Source: Phoronis australis
Taxonomy: Eukaryota; Animalia; Phoronida
Reading direction: 5' to 3'
DNA length: 64,000 nt
Assembly: GCA_002633005.1 (NCBI GenBank)
Contig: NMRA01000260.1
Coordinates: 137,821 to 201,820, forward strand
In this document: in pieces, positions 52,016 to 64,000 of the stretch
Position numbering within the stretch: position 1 is the stretch's first letter
Layout: every line of letters begins with the position of its first letter
Notes under the pieces: model-generated
The model's database searches: none
Told to the model about the DNA's origin: nothing
The model's input: only the letters and a program-made list of their open reading frames with translations
Program-made: the position numbers and the translations under genes

Positions 52016-54753
52016 TTTTAACAATCAAAAGACTGCAGATGCAAGCATTAACATCGTTTACAGCATAGGGAGGGCACTGACTACATGAAACTGATCGGGG
52101 CACGTTGATTTCATTGATTTCCCCAGTTCTGCACTTTGGTAACAAAACAGTGCGTTCACAATCACTTTCAACTGATTTCTTCATTATTAATTAATAGTAC
52201 TTCTAGTTTTCATATCAACATTATAACGCTCGCAGGATTGACTCATTTTTTTAAAGCGTAAATCATGAACTGGTATCAAAACTACTCTCTTCAAAAGTAA
52301 CAGTATAGTGTTCGTTTCGTTTGCTTCAAATAAATTTCTTCCAGTAAAACGCTTTGAATGTTTCTGATGACCACGCTGCTAACCCGTTGTGACGAGCAAA
52401 CTTTATGAGCCTAGTCTAGGGCAACTGTCAGTTCTCAAGTCTAATTCTAACTGAGGACGGAATAACAGGACACCGATTTTAAAACAGTTAGTGGCCTAAC
52501 TCAAAAGGTGTTTGTGACAGCAGGCGCGAGTGTAGTGCCTCTTTAAATCGTTATCATTCACTTTCAACTAACTTTTCCATTTTTTAAATTCGCAAAACAG
52601 GGAAAAACAATGTCTGCGCGTTTTATTGAGCAGAAAGCATAATTATTCACTCGCTGAAAAGTTTGTTGTAAGTTCTTTACATTGATAATGTTTCGGTATG
52701 CTGCTCTTATGGTTCTCAAACGTTCAGTAAGTTCTATACAATCGCTTTCGTGGAGATACTAAAACATGACCAAAAATGCGATTTTGGCATTTTTCTCCCC
52801 ACTGCCCCCGGTATCATAGTGGAGATAAGAATCCAAATTTTCTTGCATTGTAAATTCGATGAAATTAGGTTAAAACGTGCCATTAACAATAGAATATATT
52901 CCAATTTTCATTTGTCTGAAGGGTACCTGCTAACATTCGGAAATTAAAAGGCGGGGCATCCGGGTTTAGGTTATAGCTTGAGGGCAAACGTTCGCCCCAA
53001 CGAGGTAAATAGTTTAGAAAGGTACAAAAATATGCGATGAGCTTTGAATTTTGTCTGATTTTGTGCTGGGACAAAGGGCAGAGTTTCAAACAGCAGGAGG
53101 GTTGGTTATTATGTCTGTATTTCCAGTGCTCTGAAAATGGCGGGACTTCCAGATCCAGGTAAAACAGAGCAGAGGCCAATTTCAACCTCAAAAAAAATAC
53201 TGAATACCATTTGTGGCAGGCGCATCCTACTGCCACAAAACCTAAGTGATTCGACGCGATCTCGTTAAACTTGCAAAATCGTGATACGGAAGTATCTACG
53301 ACTGCCTCTGAGTCCTTTCACGAAGGTGGAAACGGAGTGGATTGAGCTTGGCCAACCTTAAAATTGTGATTTAGAAAATAGTGCACTTATGTACGCATTG
53401 TCTGTGACTTGAGTTGGTAACGAAAATAAATAGTATGGAGTGTTATGAGATCGGTTTTATGGGAGCAGAATGTCTAATTCAAGTTCGTTTTTAACCAGAT
53501 CAGTAAACAGGGCAAAGTGCTGTTTTAACTTTTGTTTTTTAGATCTAATGTAATCTCTGGCTCACCGTTTATCACACTTATTTTATTTTTCAAAATACAT
53601 CATACCACTGATTCTTTCTCAAACTCTTTGTCACAAGTCATTGCTTGTTCAAAAAAAACAGAGGCCCGTATAGAAAGATACTACCAAAGCTTGTTTTGGG
53701 TGAAACTAACTTGGATTATGCACCTCACGCCCAATATCTTACACTTCGGGTATTTCAGAAAAATAGTGGTCCCAAATTCTAAATAGTTATCGGTAAATAA
53801 GGACACTTTACAAAATCCACCACAATCATCCACTTTGTTCCTTCTTGAACCTATGCCGTATGCAGATGAAGTTCATTAAATTGTCCAAGCCAACGAGACA
53901 CTCAGCACGTAGCCAAGGCGAGGTACGTGCATGGCTATTACCTGCCACGTGTTCAGTTACCCTACACATTTGCACGACACTTGCTACTAAAAAATCGTAG
54001 CTTACACCACAGATTATAGACAACAGATTCGACATTTTCTTTCGCACCACACTCTAAACATAGCAAACTCAGTTTCCGGTTAGTGTATTGTGACGGGAAA
54101 TTCTTGCATCTATTTTACTGTTCTGTACAAGTACAAAAAATAATTTCGGCATTGAAACGCTAACCAAAGTCTTCCAATAGTAGAACTCTTGGTATCGTGA
54201 GTAATTTTTGGCAATACTACCCGACCACATAACAGCCGACCATGATAAGCAGACGACGTACTTGCAGGAAGTGAAACGCGCTATGCCTGCCGGGTGTCGC
54301 TAATGAATAGTGACGCCACGGCTTATGCGTAAGATCACAGATTTCGTCCATTGAAAATATACGGAGTTGGCGGTCCATGTACTATATTCTATGCTTACAA
54401 AACAGAAATTCTTGCTGCTTATTTACGTTTTCTTCCATAAGTAAGCATCGTGGTGTAGCCGTCTAATTACTTTCCTGTGGCGGCCATTTTGTTGGTGTTC
54501 GCACTTAAGCTTGCTCATGAAACCCTTACAACTTTTTGCCTTTCACTGACGTGATTTTGCAGGACCTTGTCAAACTTGCAAGATTCTTGCACTGAATGTA
54601 CGCTAGGCCAAGAACGCCTTTAAAATGCTGAAATTACGGTAGATCTTAATGTATTACGGAAATTTACCCGATTGGGTGTGAATAGAAGGATGCTGAGGAT
54701 CGTTCGACCCCATGTTCGGAAAATAAAAGTGAACAATACATTGAACTCTTTAA

Positions 54754-55475
54754 AGAGGCATGGAACGCGAATGCCCGTCAAAAATATCTTTTAAAAAATT
54801 CCTGATGAAAGCACCATCTCGCAACTTCTACTACAGAGATATTCACTTTACCCTATTAGGTAGTTTACATAAAAAATCACAAAGTTCGCGAGTTTTGAAA
54901 AACGCTCTAAGGAAAAACGCTGTAGTCACCACAGGGTTTCAAATCTCCCTGTCACGCGCATGCGCTCATTCGACAAACAGCTAACTGGCAAGATACGGCA
55001 GCTAATTATGTGTGATTGCACTCCGAATCTACAAGCCAGTGAAGCAAGCGATTTCCCAAAAAGTGCATTTTAGAGTGTATTTGAATACTATAATACCTTT
55101 ATAGCTAACTTTAAACAGTCAGGTGTCTCATCAATAACTTTTCCATCGGACTGGTTGCTGCTTGAAGTCGACTTTGTTTTGTTTACATCAAAGGTCAAAG
55201 GTCACATTTTCCGTATAAGGAAAAAATGCTACGTCTTTGTCTTGCCATACCAAATAAGGAGATGTGCTTTGCCTCGTGGGAGAAAAATCGACGATGTTAC
55301 GATCAGTTGACAGAACGTTTTTTGAAACTAAAACAAAAATGCTTTGACATCAATAGAAATTCATTTTTCGCCAACAAACCGTAAAAACTCCTGGTGAACA
55401 GGTTGAATTCTGTTTCAGTGCCAGAGAACCACTTTGAATTATGCAATTTAGTCTGTTTTCGCGCTCCACGCCTCT
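54754..55475. mobile_element. Non-autonomous DNA transposon, Kolobok-like (722 bp)
   Basis: 18-bp TIR AGAGGCATGGAACGCGAA / TTCGCGCTCCACGCCTCT (2 mismatches), flanked by TTAA at 54750-54753 and 55476-55479. Confidence 0.8.
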
Positions 55476-58400
55476 TTAAGAATTACGCTTTTTCCACCAC
55501 TAATAGCTGTATAACTGTAGTCTTTTGAACCTCAATCATAACAACATTTTTTTACAGAAAATGTGCTCAACTGTAGGCCGAACGTGCCCCTGCTAAAAAT
55601 GTCGAACTATCCCCTGCCAGGTTTGCTTGAAATATCAGGCAGTATCTTCATTTAGGGTTTATGAATATCAATTATTGTTGTATCATTTTTAAACGCACAC
55701 GGTGAAACCTAATGTACCTTGCGAGAAATGAAATTTGACACAGACGAGAGAAATTTGCTCCAAAGTGAAGAAGTTGAACTTAAGCTTCCTAATCTGATGT
55801 GTACTTTCAAAAGTCTGCTCCTTTGAGCTCACAAGGGTGGACAACATCGCATAATTTTTGAAAAGTTGCACCAACGTGCCATCTTGCTTTTTGTGTCAGA
55901 TATGCCCAATTTCCGAACATGCTCTGAGAGCGAAGTAGCCCCGGTCTCCACTCATAATTTATTGGGCAATCAACGACGGTAACGTTTTGGTCGGCAACAT
56001 TTTGGCCAAAACCAGGTCCTCAGTATACTCGCCTCTGCAAACAAGTTTTGCTATATACGGTACCCGTGTTCAGCTAGTGGTAGAAGGTCCCGCTTCAGAA
56101 GAAACATAAGCCATCTTTTTCTACAAAGGTCTCGTGGGTTTCTTGCGTTATGAAATCTACAAGACTGTATCAATGCATGCATTCAGGTAGTCACGTGGGT
56201 GCCTTAGTCCACTGAGGACCACTGGTTAATGAACTACTTTCTGCTCATAGTCTATTTAGATGTTTAAAAGAGATACATATATTCATGAGCGCCGCTTTGG
56301 GAATATCAAGTTGCTTAATATTTTGCACATTGCGCGAGACCCTCTTTAATTGGATCACTCGAACTACGTAAGCTAACACCATCGTGTATTATCTTACTCA
56401 TATTGCGCACAAAAACCTGCGCAAAAAGTAAATCACTTCCTAGAGTTTGGCACCAGGTGGCGAGACCGTCTTGTCCGTGAGTTGGCTCTCCTGGAACTGC
56501 CAAACAACATGTCATGGAAATCGGCGATATTTTGCGAATCCGCTCAAACATAATTTTGGAAAAAGACAAAGAAAGGGAACCGGAATAAATTATATTACGG
56601 CAAAGAATATTACGAGACCCATTTTATAAGAGTTAAAAGCCAATAATATTAGGTAGCTTAAACAAAGCGAAATGCCGCTTTAATTGAGTGAACTTTTAGT
56701 TTAAGACGAAATCGAGCATCGTGTGCAAACTACGCTGTGACTCTTACGCAGCACAAGTCTTTCCAGACCTCGCCTTATCATCCGTTTTTCACGGTTTTGG
56801 TCAACCTGATACGTCATATTCATAAAAGTAAACACGCGAAGTGTCATCTTACGGGAATTAATGGGATCATTGATTCTATTCAAACATAACAAGGAAAAAA
56901 GAGTTCTGAAAATGGGCACGCAAGTTTTTTACAGTATTTTTTAGCGTTACTGCGAATGCTAGGGCCTAAAACGAATTACTTGTTAGAGAAATGACTACCA
57001 TTTTTAAAAAACAAACAGTCAAAATTCTCGCATTCCCCGACACCAGAAGTTGATGTTACAGTAATTTATCGCCATATTTCACTGTATGCATAAAGTACAG
57101 TTCTATACTTGTATGAGAGGTTTGTTCACTCGACAAAACATTGGTGTTCTTCAAACGATACTTCTCTTTCGTACCATTTCTGAAGCTGTCTGTTTAAACA
57201 TAAACTGCAGATAATAACCCGAGTATGATGCATACAATATATTATCTACAGCTGATCTATAATTGATGGAGGTATATTTCAGGACGTTTAGAGTAATTGA
57301 AATGTTTCGTAATTGAGTCACTTTGCATCTTCATAACAACTATTATCGACGGTCACTCAAAAACATCTGTTGGTTTCGTTTTTGTTGTAATTATCTGACA
57401 GACAGTTTGAAAGATATATTAGCGATGTCAAAATCATTGTAAAGATGTGGTGTTATTTTCTCCTTTGCGATACTCTGCAATGTTGTTAGCGGAGGCTGTC
57501 ATTATTTGGTATGGTCTCGAACGAGTACAATCTTCTACCTGCAAAGAAGGAATGTCCCATCGTATTCATGAACTTTAAGACTTATCAAACTTGCTTCAGG
57601 CTGACCACAGAGAGTATTTTGAAGAAATGACAATCGAAATTAGCTATCAATGAAATTAGTAAGTCAAAATATCACGGTTTGTAAGCCGTACTGTTGAATC
57701 GGGCGTGTTTCCGGTGTTTCATTCCATGAAATGTTTGCCTGTAGCTTCCACTTACGCATTACGTCACGTTATCTTTGTTAAAAACATAAAGTGAACTAAT
57801 TGCGGCCAACAATTTGTAGTACGGGATTGCTTGTTTGTGTGTTGTCAAAATTCTAAAACATTTTGGTCGTTTCAGACCGTTACGGTTCGTCGTGCTTAGA
57901 AAGTAAACTTAATGCATGGCATAATGCTTTAAAAGAACATACTGCCATTAGTTTCGAATCCTTCGTGAAGCATGCATGGCAATAAAATGGTAGGTTTGTC
58001 CCACTTCCGGCAGTGTGCAGCACGTGTGTGTAGACGCCAATGTTTTTCATAGCTAGAAAAGGTAATCAAGCCTACAGGCGTAAACACAGTCTTGTTCCTT
58101 ACTCAAGGATGAAGCACAGGAGTCGGCGGTAGCCGCGTTCCGCAAAGCTAGTTACTGGCGAGACACTTAATCTGAATTGAAAGATTTTTGTCGTGCCGGC
58201 AATAAACAACCTACGTCTACATGTCTCTGCCTAAGGGTTGACCAGATGTGCGGCCATCTTTTTCATTTTTAGCCTCCTAGCAGTTGACACAACACACATT
58301 GACATATTCTAAAATGCAAAAAGAATCGTTTGTTCAATCTGTTTTTCTATCTGATTTTCCCTTCTCTGCGCTTCGTGCCGTGGCAGTCGCAAGTTGCAAA

Positions 58401-59380
58401 TTTGTCGGTTCTTATTTTTAAAAGTTTTGTCAACATATATCTACGGTATCGTCTACAAGAAACCAGCCACAGAGAAAATCTTCAGTTTAACAAAGCGTTT
58501 CCTTCCCACTATACACGTAGCAACTGGTTTCAACATTCATCGGGATCTAGTAGGGTACAACGAATGAATTGAGGGCACACTTTTTGCTTACTGATGTCAC
58601 AGATAATCGGGTTTGGGGTGAGAATATGTCTTATCATCCCGGGGAGTGTTTGTGGTTTTTTGTAGGGATAAGTAACCGTATTTATAGCTTGCAGTTTAAC
58701 ATCAATCAATGAGAGATATCGCTTCAAGGAGTCTAAACGCGTTAAATTGTTGTACTTTTTGTCACACAAGTAATAATACCGACAGATAGGTGTAAATTTC
58801 TCGAAAAAATGTTAATAGGGGTTGGAACTGGTTTCAACTTTGTTACGATAATTTATTTGTACTCCATCCATTTCTCGTGTGGCTTTTTCTGAGTGGGCAG
58901 ATTAAACATTTTTGGAGCTGGGTTTTTGCACGTGAGCGACCTTTCAAAAAGAGCGGTCAGAATGAACCTCTACGGTGATGCTCCGGAAGCTTTCTAAGAA
59001 GTCAATGAGTCGAGCACGTGTCATGTTTTAGAATTTCCATGAAAATTTGCTGGTTTTGCGTTGTGCAAACAAGCGAATCCATTGATTTTTTTCACGGGCG
59101 TGCTGCTCAGAAATGAAATGCCCATGATCCCCTCGTAAGGAACTTTCTTGAAAAAGCAACTATTTGTGAACGTTGTTATAATTACATATAACGATTACTA
59201 TTATCTCTATTACCACCACTTCTTCCATCACACTGCTACTTTTTATTTTGAGCCACTCGTAGTGCTTGTCTCTCCGCTTCTAAATCACTGTGTATCCCTA
59301 ATGTTTTTCAAAATAAATTTCCAATACCGCATTATGTTCAGCATATATATATATTTACATGACTCATAGAGTATTTTATA

Positions 59381-60861
59381 TTATCCCACGCGAGTTGAAT
59401 CTGTTGAGGGAAATACGGCCATGAAATAAAGTTTTCCATATTCACCTCCTGTACTACTTCAACAGCGACCTCTGACATGGAAAGTTCAAAAGGTAGGTCA
59501 ATGTCGACTCGACATCTTCAGCCTTTTCGATCATCAAACTTTCCGAATATAGTTTAAAGTAATACAATTGCAACTGTGTAACTAACACTCGACATGCAAC
59601 CAGGCCCTTAACGTAAAATCTGGAACAAAACTGTTAATTATAAGACAATTATGTCTCAGTTTTCAATTGCTGAATACTATATCGTCTGCAGCTCAGGCGC
59701 CGATTCCTAGGAAATTAAAATATCAAATATTGTTGTTTTTAACAATTTCCAGGAGATGTTACAAGTTCACTGCTCAGCTGCCGTTGTTTTCATCTTTGCT
59801 ACCTCTTTTCAAGAAATAAATCGTTACTTTTAAAACTGTTTCTTTTACAAGAGAAAACTTGCATCCTAACGCGCCAGTACATACATTTAGGATGTGATCC
59901 GCCATGTGAACAGTCTGGGTGAAGTATTTGAAAAATCTACCGAAAAAATGTAAGAAACTTAGGAATTCGAAGCCCATGGGATAAATACAAAACGTGCCTC
60001 GATTGGCGTACATGAAATTATATCCCACTCGACCTTATTCCCCGTATCGACCTCGACCTTCGGTCTCGGTCTATACGCGGAATATTGTCTCGTGGGATAT
60101 CACTTCATGTACGCCACTCTCGGTACGTTTTGTGTATTTATCACTTACGCGTTGAATCAGTCGAATGCAATACGACCATGTAATAATGTTTTCCGTATTC
60201 ACCTCCAGCGCAACTTCAACAGTGACCACTGACATGGAAAGGTCAAAAGGTAGGTCAATGTCGACTCGACATCTTCAGCCTTTTCGATCATCAAACTTTC
60301 CGAATATAGTTTAAAGTAATACAATTGCAGCAGTGTAACTAATACTCGACATGCAACCAGGCCCTAAACGTAAAATCTGGAACAAAATGGTTAATTGTGT
60401 GACACTTCGGTATCACTGAATTTTCAGTTGCTGAATACTATATCGTCGGAAACTACAATATCAAATATTGTTGTTAGTTAACTATTTCCAGAAGATGTTT
60501 CAAGTTCATTGCGCAGTCACCGTTGTTTATATCTTTGTTGTCACTTTTCAAGAAATAAATCGTTACTTTTAAAATTGTTTCTTTTACGTGAGAAAACTTG
60601 CAACCTAACGCAAAATGACATACATATAGGATGTGATCCGACATGTGAACAGTATGAATGAAGTATTTAGAAAATCTGCCGAAAAAAATGAAAGAAACTT
60701 AGGAATTCGAAGCGCATGGGATAAATATACAAAACGTACCTCGATTGGGGTACATGACGTAATATCCCACTCGACCTTATTCCGCGTATCGACCTTGACC
60801 GAATAATGTCTATTAGGATATTACTTTATCTACGCCACTCTCGGTACGTTTTGTGTATTTA
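59381..60861. repeat. Tandem dimer of a ~760-bp unit with long inverted repeats (non-autonomous element)
   Basis: The shared block CTGACATGGAAAG(T/G)TCAAAAGGTAGGTCAATGTCGACTCGACATCTTCAGCC occurs near 59472 and 60229. Hairpins lie at 59980-60142 and ~60720-60861 (the second has a central deletion). Confidence 0.85.
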
Positions 60862-62464
60862 CGCAACACCAATTTGAATATAATAATAATGATATGTTTT
60901 AAACAACAGATTATTTGATTTGAAAAATGATGATTTTGCATTGAGTTTTTGTCATTATAGTGTCTAATGATAGCGCGCGACATAAAATTCCACAAAGATG
61001 TCCCACGAAACAATATAGGAACACAATCAGAGAGATTGCGTGTGACTAAATTCAAATGGAAACTTCTTGTGTTAGATTGTTCACGTCAACTAAGCTTATT
61101 TCAAAATCCCAACAACACAGCATAGTATGTTAAAACACCCTCTAGTAGAATGCAGCGAAGTGGTCGTGATCTTGAAATTGACAGAAGGTCAAAGTGCACA
61201 TAATGCTCTGTAACCCTAGTCAACCATGAAAAGATTGTAAAAAAATTAAAACTCCTTATAAACGTGACTAACGCTTTAGGTGAGTTGCAAGATATCTATG
61301 GGGAAAGACCAACAAAGTGGACAAATGTTTTTAGTTGAATACTGCTTTCATCACTCGCGTGAGACACGCCGGTGCAGTAACAGGATGACAGAACAAGGAT
61401 TGGCTAATATCCTCAAAGACAGTGTTTAATAATGCTGCTTGGGTTAAAGTAGCTCAAAAACGAAATTAGTGACCCTTTATTTTTCGTATTTCATGGAAAA
61501 CATGGCGGTCATTGAAATAAAATATGAAAGAAACAATAAAATGACATTGTGTAACGCAATTGATTTACGTTTGCCTTTGTACCTTTGGAGTAGCTTGACG
61601 GATTTTCAGGAAATTTGACAGATAGGTATCCATTATGGAGACGGTGCCACCTTCTTGTTTTCAAGTGGGTTTGAAAAAATTCCGCGATATCTAGTGTACG
61701 TTTTGACTGTTTTTGAATTTGGTTTTGGCGTTTGCCTCTCTATTGACCTAACCACTCTAAGAATGATTATGGAAATTGAAATGTGTATGGCCTATTTGGA
61801 AAGAACGGCTGACGACGATTTTCGGGCTGCTCCGACTACTTTGGCGCCTGCAAAAGTCAGTTTTGTTTTGTTTTTCTTTGTTTTGCGCCAGCGGCTGTAT
61901 CACCTGAACCCTTTGCAAGAACTTAAATTTGGCAAGTGACAACGGATGGTGTCGACTTTCAGATGAAGCCGAGTACCGCTGTGCCCTCTCACGGCAATTT
62001 TGTTTTTTATATTTCCCTCTGTATCTTTAGAATTCCTTGACACATTTCGTGAAATTTGACAAATGAATTACTATCATGTAGACAATAGCATTTGCCTTAT
62101 TTCAAATGGATTTGACCTGCGTTGACCCACCTTGTGACATTTCTGATGTTCTACGCTTTTTCGCCTGCCTCTCTAATCTCCAAACTGCTTGAAGATCATT
62201 ATAACAACATACGTCAAAGCTGTAATTCTTTAACACCTAAATTAAACTTCACTGAAAAAGAAAGTTGGATAGACAAAAACAAATGGAAAATTTACATCTG
62301 TCCCTTTAAGGTTACGTGTAACTCTATTTTACAAGAATAGTATTTTTTTGAAACACCGGTTATGCAGCAAAATATGTGAGCATTTCAAATAAATTTGATT
62401 TCATACAAATAGTTGTTGCTTTCTAGTGAAAAACGCCGCTTTTGGAAAGGGTGTCACCAACACC

Positions 62465-62683
62465 CGTTTGTAACAACAACGATGTATTAAGTTGGACTCT
62501 TACAACGTAGTGCAGAACCAAAAGCACAGGAACCACACGTTTGTAACAACAACGATGTATTAAGTTAGACTCTTACAACGTAGTGCAGAACCAAAAGCAC
62601 AGGAACCACACGTTTGTAACAACAACGATGTATTAAGTTGAACTCTTACAACGTAGGGCAGAACCAAAAAAACAGGAACCACA
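62465..62683. repeat. 73-bp minisatellite, 3 copies
   Basis: CGTTTGTAACAACAACGATGTATTAAGTT...GCAGAACCAAAAGCACAGGAACCACA starts at 62465, 62538 and 62611, with few substitutions and no spacers. Confidence 0.95.
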
Positions 62684-64000
62684 CTTTTGTGTTGTTCTTT
62701 ATAATTCTATAACAAAAATTCAACATCATTAATTACGCACTGTGGTCAACCGTTCAAATCTTGATAAGCCTTCTAAACAATCTTTTGATGACAAAGACAT
62801 GCTGGAAGCAAACAAGACATATCAAAATCACATAAAACTTACACTTTGGGAGTTGCCACTCTCAAAGTTGTGAATTAAGAAAGTTACGATTTTTAAGTTG
62901 GGATCATTCTCTTTAAACTTGTTCTCAAATGTTTGACCATTTTGAGTTTGTGCTATAGACATATTTTTACATATTTTAGAAGAAATAAAGAAAAATGACT
63001 GTTATTACTACTACCCAAACTGTATATGTAACAAACCGAAAGCAAGACTAAGACAGAAATTTTGTTGCAGTAGATGTCGTTTGAACTTCTTTTTATAACA
63101 GAATAAAAATATAATATAATGTAAGTTTTGTGCCAAAAACAAACCCAAAAAGAATTACATTCTTCTATTCACAAAAACACTGTGAGCACTCTACAGGAAT
63201 ATCATCGGCCTTGCCTGGTGAATATGCTCATCCGCTGTCATGGCAACCTTTTACTGGATTTGCAAAATTATCCTCTATTATTGGTAATTATAGCAAAGCT
63301 TTGATAAAGCCCATCAAAAGCATTTACTTTATTCATTTCATTCTTTTATATGTGTTTTATGTAGATTTTATATTGCTTAAGAAGCAGTTTATACGTTCAT
63401 TTGTATTAGTTGCCATGGCAAATGTTTTTGAATTTTCAAAATAGTGGTACTGATTTTGACGTACCACACATAAGTATTTGGTTTCAGTTATTGATTTATG
63501 CAAATTTATTGGATTAGCTTTGCGCTGTTGTTAAAAAAGACTATCTCCATGTTTGTGTACATGAGGTATCTTGGAAACCATTTTTGGATTTTCAAAAGTG
63601 TCCTTTTGGTTATGGCACATCATAAAACAAACAGTGTTTGTTTTTGCCGTTTAAATTCCAAACTGTTTTGTTCGTATGAGCATGTGCAGCTTGCAGTTTT
63701 TACACTTTTGTAATTCCAAAATACTTGGTTACCATAGCAATGATGCACGTTCAAGCTTGGCATCTCCCCTAAATTTTAGGGACGGTCACTAAAATGATTT
63801 GATCATGGCTGCCTGTCTTCAACATGACTCCCAACAAGCCTAAAGCTGATGATATTCAACGTTAAAATACCCGATTATCATGATAACGATACCTAATTCT
63901 GCTTAGCAACACCCCTAACTTTTAGGAAAAGTCATTCCAAGTACTTGTATCGAGGTTACCTGCTTCTAACATAAATCTGCCATCAAAGCTGAAATTGTTG

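Noticed and set aside
38349-52546. TTAA-AGAGGCA...TGCCTCT-TTAA ends that would enclose the whole Dbx gene as transposon cargo
   Set aside because: Only ~10/12 bp match before diverging. These are more simply chance matches or unrelated remnants of Kolobok-like ends, and Dbx has a normal intron-rich structure.
62465-62683. CRISPR-like array
   Set aside because: Three contiguous 73-bp units with no unique spacers and no cas genes, in eukaryotic DNA: a plain minisatellite.

Overview
AT-rich animal (non-prokaryotic) genomic DNA, probably from an invertebrate deuterostome (inferred from the Dbx sequence and the repeat types; not proven). I can support only one intact protein-coding gene: a four-exon Dbx homeobox gene on the minus strand (CDS 50768->40708, 351 aa). 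All splice sites are GT-AG and phase-compatible, and it has a plausible CCAAT promoter and polyA signals. The rest is a gene desert full of non-autonomous DNA transposons (two clear TTAA-flanked Kolobok-like elements and several MITEs), decayed THAP-like remnants, micro/minisatellites, and a 2.3-kb duplication across an assembly 'n' that is probably two alleles. Best second-look items: (1) a small retro-insertion with a 9-bp TSD present in only one copy of the duplication; (2) an inverted array of a ~260-bp unit carrying a tRNA-like head, an E-box and a CTCF-like motif; (3) a dense homeodomain/TALE-type site cluster 10 kb downstream of Dbx; (4) an apparent 1-nt frameshift that extends Dbx past its conserved EEIxVS end; (5) a tandem inverted-repeat element whose junction is a ~160-bp hairpin with a cTTCGg loop. 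I cannot support a new multi-gene system here; nearly all short ORFs in the track are noise.
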